The position numbers and the translations under genes are program-made. Below the pieces are notes generated by a model. That model was not told where the DNA came from. It did not search any database and saw only the letters and a list, made by a program, of their open reading frames with translations. This document shows, piece after piece, positions 37,304 to 46,466 of a stretch of DNA of 56,408 nucleotides. The first letter of the stretch is position 1; every line of letters begins with the position of its first letter. Location of the stretch: sequence record SRR2962707_5284, one strand, 5' to 3'.

Positions 37304-37828
37304 ATGAAGACTGTATTTGCAGCCGCAGCTATTGCCATGCTGGGCGCAGTTCCTGCAATGGCTCAGGACTATAACATCACCGTAACAAACAACTCGAACA
37401 GCACTATTGCACCGCTGATCGCTTTGGACGCACTGCGCGCTTCTGAGCTCATGTTCAACGCAGACGGTACAATTTCTGACATATTTAGAACGACAATCCT
37501 TGAAGGTGATCCGCGTCCGATGAATGGCAAGATGCCAGAGGCGGTTGCTGGTCCTGTACTGGGGAAATCAGGCCCTCCCGGTGTTATGATTGCGAAAGGC
37601 GAAACAGCGTCTGCTGATATGTTCCTCATCGGAACAAACACGTTGCGTTTCTACGCAAAGGGCAGCTACGGCCCCGGCGCTGATACTGTAATTTCAGGCG
37701 TTTACGATATTTCGATGGGCGGCGGTACTTTTGCACTGAACCATTATGACATCGGGGCTTCTGAAGGCACGAACAAGATCACATTGCTTGAAGAAGGTGT
37801 TGTGACGGTAACAATCAAAGAGAACTAA
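37304..37828 (+). CDS. Secreted protein, possibly Spondin_N-like
   Basis: Signal peptide ending AMA; YNITVTN...AP, LEGD, GVMIAKGETAS and YDIGASE recall bacterial spondin domains (YDAGTE); GGAGGAG RBS. Confidence 0.7.
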   Translation: MKTVFAAAAIAMLGAVPAMAQDYNITVTNNSNSTIAPLIALDALRASELMFNADGTISDIFRTTILEGDPRPMNGKMPEAVAGPVLGKSGPPGVMIAKGETASADMFLIGTNTLRFYAKGSYGPGADTVISGVYDISMGGGTFALNHYDIGASEGTNKITLLEEGVVTVTIKEN

Positions 37829-37847
37829 GTCTTTTTGAATACACAAG

Positions 37848-37882
37848 AAAAGGGCCCTCGCAAGCAATTGTGGGGGTCTTTT
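37848..37882. terminator. Intrinsic terminator
   Basis: AAAAGGGCCCTCGCAA-gcaa-TTGTGGGGGTCTTTT. Confidence 0.75.
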
Positions 37883-38521
37883 GCGTTGTGCAGTATGGCG
37901 ATGTGACACAACGATATCACGCGACTTTCTTGGTGGGTTTTTGTGTTGGTAAGGATGTCCGTTCTGTTTGACCGAGCAAGCCATGTATCTGGCTCGACGC
38001 TTCAGCGCGAGTCCTGCCCAGACGCACCTGCCTTGTCAGGAATTGTCGTAGACATCATACACCCTTGAACAAAGTGGGCTTGATCCGGGTGGTTGCGGGT
38101 CTGTTTGCGCGGAAGAATTCTGCATTGCGTATGCCAGTTCTGGCCCGGCCTGAAGGTCCGTCTCAAATACCTAACAAGCATTTACAGCGGTCAAAAGCTG
38201 CGCTCCGCGCAACCAAGCCGTGCCAGATCGCGGTGCGCAAACGAGTACGCGACACGCTTTCTATGTCTTGCAAAAAGATTATTGGGGAGAATGGCTGGCG
38301 CAGCAGACTCTTTAACGATGCCCATGGTCTTGTTCAGACCTTGATCGGCATCGTCCAAAAAGCATCGGGCCCATTGAGAGCGAGAATCGGCCTTTTGTTG
38401 CAGGAGACCCTGCAGTCGCCGCCTTGGTTGATTACTTGACGTCCAAGCATCCCGCAGCGGCGATACTCCGGGCAAAAACATAAGGTCGACTTTAGGCCAA
38501 CCCCATGTTTCCGTCTAAAAG

Positions 38522-39418
38522 TTAGTAGATAGCCAGGTCTTGACCGATCGAAAACTTCCCGTCGTACAGGGCCGCAACGCGTTTAATATACCCATCCGCT
38601 GTGTCGGTATCCGCAATGCCCGGAGGGAAGTGGGTCGCGACAACCTCTTTCGCCTCTGCGGCAATCGCCAGGGCAGCCAAGTCTTCTGCCTCAATGTGGT
38701 GGTGGGACAGGTGGTTTTTAATGAACTGAAGCTTTTCTTCCGGCATGTTCGGATTCATGCGGCGAATTTTGCCCATCGCAATCTCAAGATCCATCAATTC
38801 ACCTACGATGAGATCAGCCCCCTTGGCGAGCGCTTCCAGCGCTTTGCAAGGTCCGGTGTCCCCGGTGAAAACAACCACACGGTCTGGCAGATCAAAGCGG
38901 AACGACAAGGACAAGAAGCCTTCCTCGCCGAATTTATCTTCGGTGCGGTAGTGTGTATTCTCACAGCACGTCATCTTCAGGTCGTCGATTACAATTTCAC
39001 TGCCGGGCACGATTTCCGTTACCTTAACAAAATCGCGCGGATGCGGCAGGTTTTGCCCAGGAACGCCAAAGCCAATCTCATTCGGAACGTTGCAAGCCAT
39101 GACCAAGCCATCGACGATAGATTGTGTGCCGGGGGGGCCATAAATTGTCAGCGGCACTCGGCGCTGTGTCATCATGTTCAGACCGAAACAAGCGAATAGA
39201 CTGCCGATGTGATCAAAATGGTGGTGGGTCAAAAAAATGTGATGTACGTCACGAAACTCGATATTGGCGCGTCGCAGCTGACCCATTGCCCCTTCGCCGC
39301 AATCGATCAAGATTGGCGCTTCCCCATTCATCAGCACAAAAGACGGCTGAGCGCGGTTTGGATTCTGCACTGGGCCACCGGCGGTGCCTAAAGTGATAAC
39401 AGATGATGGGTTTGGCAT
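38522..39418 (-). CDS. MBL-fold metallo-hydrolase, RNase Z/AtsA (arylsulfatase)-like
   Basis: TLGTAGGP, IDCGEG, THHHFDH, FTGDTG, HH, ATHF. Confidence 0.88.
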   Translation of the reverse strand: MPNPSSVITLGTAGGPVQNPNRAQPSFVLMNGEAPILIDCGEGAMGQLRRANIEFRDVHHIFLTHHHFDHIGSLFACFGLNMMTQRRVPLTIYGPPGTQSIVDGLVMACNVPNEIGFGVPGQNLPHPRDFVKVTEIVPGSEIVIDDLKMTCCENTHYRTEDKFGEEGFLSLSFRFDLPDRVVVFTGDTGPCKALEALAKGADLIVGELMDLEIAMGKIRRMNPNMPEEKLQFIKNHLSHHHIEAEDLAALAIAAEAKEVVATHFPPGIADTDTADGYIKRVAALYDGKFSIGQDLAIY

Positions 39419-39490
39419 GGATTATCCTTTTTTGATCGGCGCTTTTACGGATTCTTTGGCAATTATAGAGGGCGTCGAAGCATCATGGAA

Positions 39491-39527
39491 ATTGAATTGA
39501 ACAATGAGATTTATCGATCTAATGGAT
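39491..39527 (-). promoter_or_regulatory. nod-box-like site upstream of the MBL hydrolase
   Basis: Minus strand cATC-cattagatc-GAT-aaatctc-ATT-gttcaattc-AAT-ttcc (9/7/9). Confidence 0.75.
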
Positions 39528-39583
39528 GAGTCTGTTCAGTCTTGTGAAAAGTTTCCAAACCTGCTTTTGAAGAGGGGAATGGT

Positions 39584-40381
39584 ATGAACCGGGGTGATCC
39601 GATGAATAAGCGTGTGCCAAAAATCCTTACAGTCAACGCCGTCTGGGCGCTGACGCCACATATGATCCGCGTCACTTTAAGCGCGCCAGAAATTGCCGAC
39701 ATGAACCCGGATTGTGCTGGGGCCAACTGTAAACTGTTCCTCCCAAATGCAGGTCAAAGCCTGGATGCGTTTGTCGAGCAGCTGGCCTCTGGGCCACGTC
39801 CGACCGTGCGGACCTACACAGTTCGCAACATCAGACTAGATGCCTGCGAAATCGATATCGATTTCGTTGACCATGGGGATGGCGGCCCGGCTTCTGCCTG
39901 GGCGCGGCAAGCACAAAAAGGGGCTTTCCTGGGCTTTGCCGGACCTGGTTCGGTGAAAGTGCAATCCTACTACGCAGACAGCTATCTGGTGGTCGCGGAC
40001 ATGTCTGCGCTCCCCCTTGCTGCCGCAACTTTGGAAGTCATGCCGGAGGATGCCAAGGGTACAGCGATTTTTGAGATTATGTCGCCGGAAGACAAACAGG
40101 ATTTCCGTATTCCTCCGGGCATCGACACCCATTGGATTGTGAACGCTGATCCACATGTCTCAAGCCCGGTGATCCCGAATATGATCACTGAGATGGATTG
40201 GCCTGAGGGTGTCATTCAAACCTGCATTGCGGGGGAAAGCGGTATGATCAAAGGTCTCCGTCAGAAATTATTGGTGGAAAAGGCGCTGCCAAAGCAGGAT
40301 TGCTACATATCCGGGTATTGGAAAATCGGCTTGATTGAGGACGAACATCAACAGCTTAAACGCAATGAGGCGGCGGGCTAG
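39584..40381 (+). CDS. Siderophore-interacting protein (ViuB/YqjH-like flavin reductase)
   Basis: LTPHMIRVT, RTYTVR, IDFVDHG..GPASAWA, AGES, ISGYWK; alternative start 39602. Confidence 0.9.
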   Translation: MNRGDPMNKRVPKILTVNAVWALTPHMIRVTLSAPEIADMNPDCAGANCKLFLPNAGQSLDAFVEQLASGPRPTVRTYTVRNIRLDACEIDIDFVDHGDGGPASAWARQAQKGAFLGFAGPGSVKVQSYYADSYLVVADMSALPLAAATLEVMPEDAKGTAIFEIMSPEDKQDFRIPPGIDTHWIVNADPHVSSPVIPNMITEMDWPEGVIQTCIAGESGMIKGLRQKLLVEKALPKQDCYISGYWKIGLIEDEHQQLKRNEAAG

Positions 40382-40919
40382 TCTCGGGCCGTCATCTGCA
40401 AAGAAGGCGGCCTATCGTGAATTGATACAGGTGGTTTCGTCGCGACATTGCATGATCTGCTTTGATAGCGGTGCACCGTGCAAATTGCTGTGTCTATGGT
40501 TAGGACTTCGTGGTTTTACCAAGGCTATTTGCATAGCACGTGGCCAAGTACAAGGCGGCTCCTTCGGTAAGCGCCAACCTTGCCAATAAAAGAGTCACAG
40601 AGAGCGGCTCGACCTCTGCATGACCTTCAAAATGCTGACTTTTCTTTAGTCAAATCGTTTCGCCAAAGTCTCTGACTGGCGCGCAATTCAAGCCGAAGCA
40701 TCCATCTTTGATCGTCATTACTCGGCTTTTCCAGACGCAATTTTTTGATGACATCTGATCGATGTCGGAATGCCGGGGAAAACGGACCGTCAGCTTCCAG
40801 CATGTGACGAAGCTATTCAGTATGACATGTTCCGTCCGAGAGACAGGGCGACTGAGCTTTTCAGCGGATCAATCGCCAACTATATTGCTGCGAACAGGTT
40901 TCATCGGAGTTCAAAAAAT

Positions 40920-43748
40920 ATGAACGAATTTGTCTTTCCAACGGGTTCCGACGTCGCCTTGGTCGCGAAAAATTGGAGCGCGAGTTTTGATGAACTGCAT
41001 GACCTAAAAAACCTTGTCGCGCAGACTTTTTTGCAATCTGCAGAAATGCGCCCCAAAAGGGTTTTGGGGTGTCTGAAAGACGATGAAACCGCGCTACTGG
41101 CATTGTTGGTCGTTACAGAATTAACCGACTATATGCCAATCAATCCGAACCTGAGTGACCTAGAAATCACCGCGATCGCAACGAATTCTGGTGCCGATTA
41201 TGTCATTCTTTCCTCTGACTATTTCCGGGACAAGCAGCATCTGTTTCACGGCATTGCGCGACCGATCCTGAATTGGTCGGATGTCGTTGCGACGTCGCGT
41301 GAAAGCTTAGGATCCTCTTCCCCCGTAGATGCGGTTGTAGAGAAACCGCCTCAGACCGCCCGCGAAGGTCGGCTTATCCTACACACGTCCGGATCGACGG
41401 GAGAGCCTAAGCGCGTGCCCATCGGTATTGAAGCGATCAATGCGTCTGCAAGGAATATTGCACTTGGTCATCAGTTGACCAAAACAGATCTTGCTCTCAA
41501 TGCGTTGCCAACTTTCCATATCGGCGCGTTGGTTGATGTCTTGCTGGCCCCCTTAAGCGTTGGGGGAGCCGTCTGCATCACGGACCAAAGAGCACCGGAA
41601 GGGCTTGTCGCTGCGTTGATCGAAAAACGCCCGACATGGGTGCAGATTGTACCGACGATTTTGCGGCAATTGGTTGAAGACATCTCTCCTGAGCGTTTGG
41701 AGGACGCCGGCCGGTCTTTGACTTTCGTGCGCAGCGTTTCCGCACCGGTTCCGCCAGAGCTTAAGCAGAAAGCAGAGGCGTTGTTGGGCTGCCCGATTGT
41801 GGAAATGTATGGGATGACGGAAACAGCCGGTCAAATTGCGACGAACGCCCGCGAGCATCAGGAAAACCGTGTCGGCAGTGTTGGCAAATCTGGCGCCATC
41901 CCCGTCGCTGTGTTTGATGCCTTCGGTAACCTTGTCGAGCCCGGAAAAACCGGAGAGATTTGCGTGAGTGGGCCAACGGTATTTCAAGGCTATGAAGGTA
42001 TCCCAAAGGGCGACGTCTTTTTCGAAGATTGGTTCAGAACGGGCGATCTGGGATGCATCGATGACGATGGCTATCTGTACCTGCGGGGCCGCCTGAAAGA
42101 GATGATAAATGTTGGCGGTGAAAAGGTCTCTCCGTTTGAGATCGAAACAGCAGCGTTGCTCCTGCCTGAGGTTCTTGAAGCTGCAGCCTATTCCATGCCG
42201 CATACGTCATTGGGGGAGCAGGTCGGCTTGACCATTGCCTGTAAGCCAGACACGGATCTTGCTGAGGTTATGGCGCATCTGCGGACGCACCTAGCACCTT
42301 TCAAATGCCCAAATAAGATTTCGCCGGTTCCGCAATTGCCGCGTCTAGCAAATGCAAAAGTCGACCGAGTATTGCTCAAACGTGAGGCCGCGCAGGCGTT
42401 GCAGCAGCGCCTGGTAGGACAAGAGAAGACGCAAGGATCACCTGTCGCCCATTCAGATCCCACGGCTGCGAAGGTCGCGGGCATTTGGACGGATATTTTG
42501 AAATGCCGCAGCCCGGAAGGCGACGATGATTTCTTTGATATGGGAGGCGACAGTCTGAGTGCGACACAGTTCCTGCTGCGCTTGCAGACTGCCTTGGGGC
42601 GTGAGATCTCGCCGAGCCAACTTTTTGAAAGCCCGAGGTTCGATCAGCTGGTCGCTGCAGTTTCAAAACCGGCAATTGGCGCCGAAACCGGGGGCCGGGA
42701 CCATCGGGCGCTATTGTTCATCAAGCAACGTGTTGCGGGTTGGCCGGGAAAAGCGCCTCTGGGGTCAGAGCTCTTTCGTGCCATTGGCACTGTTCATGAA
42801 ACGGACCCTGTTTTCTGGTCCAGTCAAAGCACAGAGGAATCCCGTATCATCGGGGATGCTCTTGCAACCGCGCGCCCTTACTATTGCACAAGTTCGCTTT
42901 TCCAATACCCGGATCGGTCAGAAGATGACTTTGAGGTTCTGGCAGAGCATCTCGCTCAGGATATCAATAAGTTGCAACCCACCGGAGACATAACTCTGGG
43001 CGGGTTTTGTGGTGGAGCATGGGTGATGCAATTTACCGCCGAACGGCTGATCGAAATGGGGCGCAAAATCAATGTGTTCTTTAGCTTTGATCATTGGCCC
43101 GAACGCAAAATGCCTTTTCCTGTTGTTCACGGTATGACGAATTCAAAAAAGCACTCAGTCCGCATGCAATACTCTCAATGCGAAAAGGCGGCGAAGATGT
43201 TGCACCCCAAGGGCGTCCATATCATTAGGATTGACGGTCCACATAATTTTACTGCTGCAGATTTGGCCCCTCACATTAATACATTGAATCGGTTTATTGA
43301 TGCCCCGCCAATACCCGAAGAAAATAGCACATCTGTTAAGGATCAGGAGCGCGATTGGTGCCTGAAACAGCGTTTCACCCCACCTTCAGCGGTTCTTAAA
43401 GTGCAAAAGGCACCGCGGCTTTTTGCGAAGGACCAGACTGCGCATTTTCAGGTTGCCGTCAGAAATGCCTCTGAGATGGCATGGGCGCCAACCGCACAAA
43501 GCGGGCTTTCCCTGGAGGTGGATCTGTTAAATCTGGATAATTTCGCCCGTGTCCAATCGGCTGGGTACGCTGAATTCGATGAAGAGGTTGCGCCGGGTCA
43601 AGAGATCGTTCTTGATTTCGACGTCCAGATGCCCACCACGTCGATGCCGCTTTGGGCCCGCTTTATCCTCGTCAATCAGGGGATTAAGCGATTTTCTGAA
43701 AAATTGTCCGGTCCAACTAAACGCCTGATCCTGCCCAAACTCCTATGA
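40920..43748 (+). CDS. NRPS-like stand-alone protein: acyl-adenylation domain + carrier domain + thioesterase-like + C-terminal Ig-like domain
   Basis: HTSGSTGEPK, YGMTE, FRTGDLG, GRLKEMINVGGEK, LPRLANAKVDR; DFFDMGGDSL; LGGFCGG; FQVAVRNAS..W. ATG 40920 preferred; ORF open from 40770. Confidence 0.85.
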   Translation: MNEFVFPTGSDVALVAKNWSASFDELHDLKNLVAQTFLQSAEMRPKRVLGCLKDDETALLALLVVTELTDYMPINPNLSDLEITAIATNSGADYVILSSDYFRDKQHLFHGIARPILNWSDVVATSRESLGSSSPVDAVVEKPPQTAREGRLILHTSGSTGEPKRVPIGIEAINASARNIALGHQLTKTDLALNALPTFHIGALVDVLLAPLSVGGAVCITDQRAPEGLVAALIEKRPTWVQIVPTILRQLVEDISPERLEDAGRSLTFVRSVSAPVPPELKQKAEALLGCPIVEMYGMTETAGQIATNAREHQENRVGSVGKSGAIPVAVFDAFGNLVEPGKTGEICVSGPTVFQGYEGIPKGDVFFEDWFRTGDLGCIDDDGYLYLRGRLKEMINVGGEKVSPFEIETAALLLPEVLEAAAYSMPHTSLGEQVGLTIACKPDTDLAEVMAHLRTHLAPFKCPNKISPVPQLPRLANAKVDRVLLKREAAQALQQRLVGQEKTQGSPVAHSDPTAAKVAGIWTDILKCRSPEGDDDFFDMGGDSLSATQFLLRLQTALGREISPSQLFESPRFDQLVAAVSKPAIGAETGGRDHRALLFIKQRVAGWPGKAPLGSELFRAIGTVHETDPVFWSSQSTEESRIIGDALATARPYYCTSSLFQYPDRSEDDFEVLAEHLAQDINKLQPTGDITLGGFCGGAWVMQFTAERLIEMGRKINVFFSFDHWPERKMPFPVVHGMTNSKKHSVRMQYSQCEKAAKMLHPKGVHIIRIDGPHNFTAADLAPHINTLNRFIDAPPIPEENSTSVKDQERDWCLKQRFTPPSAVLKVQKAPRLFAKDQTAHFQVAVRNASEMAWAPTAQSGLSLEVDLLNLDNFARVQSAGYAEFDEEVAPGQEIVLDFDVQMPTTSMPLWARFILVNQGIKRFSEKLSGPTKRLILPKLL

Positions 43749-43764
43749 AGGGCCAAAACAGCGT

Positions 43765-44985
43765 TTAGGCGTTGGTCCTTATTTTCATACCTCTCGGCCA
43801 TTTGTGGCCAAACATTGGAGCATAATGAAGCTCTGAGACATCAAGGTCAGGTTGAAACCGGATTATCCCGTCGCAGAACGTGGAAATCATCGCGATAGCG
43901 AGCTGTTCGCCGATACATTTGTGACGGCCGATTCCAAAGCTAAAGTCTTCTTGCGTTCCGTTCCCGGCGTTCGCGCTGGCAAGGGACAGAAAAACCGGCG
44001 TTCCTGAATGTACAGTTTCCCCGCCAACCTCCAAGGGTTCAGACGCAATTCGCGCTATTGTCTGACCCGGAGTGTCTACGCGAATTACTTCGCGTACGAA
44101 TTGCGGAGTGATGTCCGCAGGACGCGGAACTTGCGTGTACCAGCGGGCAATGACTTGTCCAATTGCGGCTTCGACATTTTCGACCCCGTCGGCCAGAACA
44201 AGCAAGGCGTTGTCGGCAATCATCCTGTCACGTGCGTCACCTTGGGGCAGTGGGCAGTCGCCTTGATCTAAGCGCGTCAAGAGGCAGGCTTTGCCGTCCG
44301 TGCGCCGTTCTTGTAACGCGCGCGTAAGCATGGTTCGCGCTTTCTTCAGACCTTCATTCGTCGTTTCAAACGTCTGTGCATCTTTGGCCGGGGCAAAGAG
44401 ACGGAACAACGAACTGGTGTACTCTTTCATTTGCGCGGCGGAAAGCTCGACACCTACGAATTGAGCAACGACATCCACAACATAGTTCCGCGCCACATCT
44501 TCTATCAAGAGATAGCTCATTCCGGGTTTCAATTGTCTTAGATGACTTTCGGATATCGTTGTGATATGGAGGTTGAACTCTCTGAAATGGTTGAAAAAAG
44601 CTTTGCTGAGCCAGCGCCTGACCGTCACGTGTTCAGGTGCATCCAAAAAGGGAGGGATATTGGCTGCGACAGACGCAGCAACGTATTTGTCCTTGTTTTT
44701 GGGAGCCAGAGCTGAAAACCGCGAAGGCCGGTTCGAAAGAGATTTGTTTGAAAAAGCCGACTTCACTTCGGTCGGGTCAAGCAAGAGATAGCCACCAGAT
44801 GTGACGGGACAGGCAGCCGCGTTTTGCCGCAGCTGCTTTGCGATTTCGTCAAAAGATGCAATGGTTGCCGGATCGGTTAGATCGAGAGGCTTCGACAAAG
44901 CGGGTTCTGAGCGGGGGCCAAGTTTAGGTCGCGCAGGTTCAGCTTGGGCTTTGCCACCTTTCCATAGTTTTGGCCATTTCAACAT
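43765..44985 (-). CDS. Cytochrome P450 (atypical)
   Basis: LDAPEH..VR, EVIR (ExxR), FSFGIGRHKCIG heme motif; start uncertain and overlaps the upstream gene. Confidence 0.85.
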   Translation of the reverse strand: MLKWPKLWKGGKAQAEPARPKLGPRSEPALSKPLDLTDPATIASFDEIAKQLRQNAAACPVTSGGYLLLDPTEVKSAFSNKSLSNRPSRFSALAPKNKDKYVAASVAANIPPFLDAPEHVTVRRWLSKAFFNHFREFNLHITTISESHLRQLKPGMSYLLIEDVARNYVVDVVAQFVGVELSAAQMKEYTSSLFRLFAPAKDAQTFETTNEGLKKARTMLTRALQERRTDGKACLLTRLDQGDCPLPQGDARDRMIADNALLVLADGVENVEAAIGQVIARWYTQVPRPADITPQFVREVIRVDTPGQTIARIASEPLEVGGETVHSGTPVFLSLASANAGNGTQEDFSFGIGRHKCIGEQLAIAMISTFCDGIIRFQPDLDVSELHYAPMFGHKWPRGMKIRTNA

Positions 44986-46048
44986 TATTTGCCTCAATAT
45001 GTTGTTTCAAAAAATCTACTTCTGACGCATTCAGCGGAACACCACAGGCAAGCTTCGCCAGAATATTCACATCATAAAAACGCAGAGCCGCAGAAAGAAG
45101 AAATACTTCATCCGTCAAATCAGCCGATGTTGAGGGCGACAGCATGTCAGCGATATTATCGCTGCCCATACGTACAGGTACGCCTGCAGCACATAATTCA
45201 AGAACCCGCACAATAGAGTTGCCGATCGGGGACAGGACACCTCTGATTTGACGCATGCCTATGGCGGCCGAAGGACAACAAATCACGCCCATATTTGCCG
45301 CGCGCAGACGGGAAACAAGCTCGGACCAACGCCCTTCGTCATATTGGCTCGGTGAAATCATGTGGACCGCCCAAATCATCGGGGCATCGCGGCTCCCCAA
45401 CACGACTTTTTCGGCGTCGATGATATCCAAGAGCCGTTCAGTCCCGTTTTCATTGGGGTGATTGACTTGATCGGTATGGATTTGCACTTCTTTTTGGTGC
45501 CGGACGGCAAGCTCCAACACGCGACGACAGCTTTCCTGGTATCCAATGTGCTCAGGATAATCCGTTTGGTCGTCACGTTCCGGAAGGCTGCCGATCAAGT
45601 GAGCCAGGGTCGCACCTTGCTCGATTAACCGCCACCGGTTTGGTTCATCATCTCGAAACCCAAGAGGCGAATACACCGCGGTGCGAAAATCGATCTCATG
45701 CGACCGTTCATGCGAAATCTCAAGCGCTGTTTCCAAAGCGCGCAGGCCCAGCCCATCGTCGGTGACATCAATAACGCTGTCTGCGCGACGTGTGTTACAG
45801 GCAACCATCGTATCAAGGCTTTGATTGATCCTCGATCTAAGACAGTCTTGCTCATAAAGTTGACTGTGATGGATTTCCGGTATGAGTGCGTGTTTTTGTT
45901 GAAGAGCCACGTGGGACGATGTCGGCCCCTTTGCATCTGTGGCGTTGCTCAGAGTGTGGGATCTATCGATATGCAAATGCGCATTATGAAAGCCGCCAAG
46001 CTCTTTCACGCGATCGGCCAACTTTTCAAAAAAGCAGGTCTGTGCCAA
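44939..46048 (-). CDS. Cytosine-deaminase-like amidohydrolase
   Basis: HNAHLHIDR, IHTDQ, AVH, GSDNIAD; TTG start after GAGG. Confidence 0.8.
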   Translation of the reverse strand: MAQTCFFEKLADRVKELGGFHNAHLHIDRSHTLSNATDAKGPTSSHVALQQKHALIPEIHHSQLYEQDCLRSRINQSLDTMVACNTRRADSVIDVTDDGLGLRALETALEISHERSHEIDFRTAVYSPLGFRDDEPNRWRLIEQGATLAHLIGSLPERDDQTDYPEHIGYQESCRRVLELAVRHQKEVQIHTDQVNHPNENGTERLLDIIDAEKVVLGSRDAPMIWAVHMISPSQYDEGRWSELVSRLRAANMGVICCPSAAIGMRQIRGVLSPIGNSIVRVLELCAAGVPVRMGSDNIADMLSPSTSADLTDEVFLLSAALRFYDVNILAKLACGVPLNASEVDFLKQHIEANNVEMAKTMERWQSPS

Positions 46049-46466
46049 AAATGTGTTACCTCAAAAATATTGGCAGGTTGATACCGAAGTAAGTGCGCTG
46101 TGTCAAAATCTACCGGCGAATTTCTTATGGGACCAACGACGCAATTGGTGTGTTTCCGTCGATGCGGAGGGACTTAACTTCGCATTGTTGGTGCTTTTCA
46201 CAATACTGACCTAATCCACCAGCGTCGCCGGTCATTCTTGGGCTAAATACGAAGAACTTGTCACGTTGCGACTGGCAACCTTTGATCAACGTGAGCAAAG
46301 GCGCGTGGCCAAATGCAAGGTGCAGTGATGCTATTGGCCACGTCGAATTTTGACCGCTTTCTGGTCTTGCCACCACAAAAGGGCGGTATCCAGTACAGAA
46401 ATTGGTTCTGAAAACATCCCACCAGTTTTTATGGTTTGGCACAGAACCTGTCTGGAGCCCAGATGT

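Noticed and set aside
37900-38500. ORFs 38065-38439, 38093-38344, 38191-38481
   Set aside because: No recognisable family; probably decayed sequence that I cannot assign.
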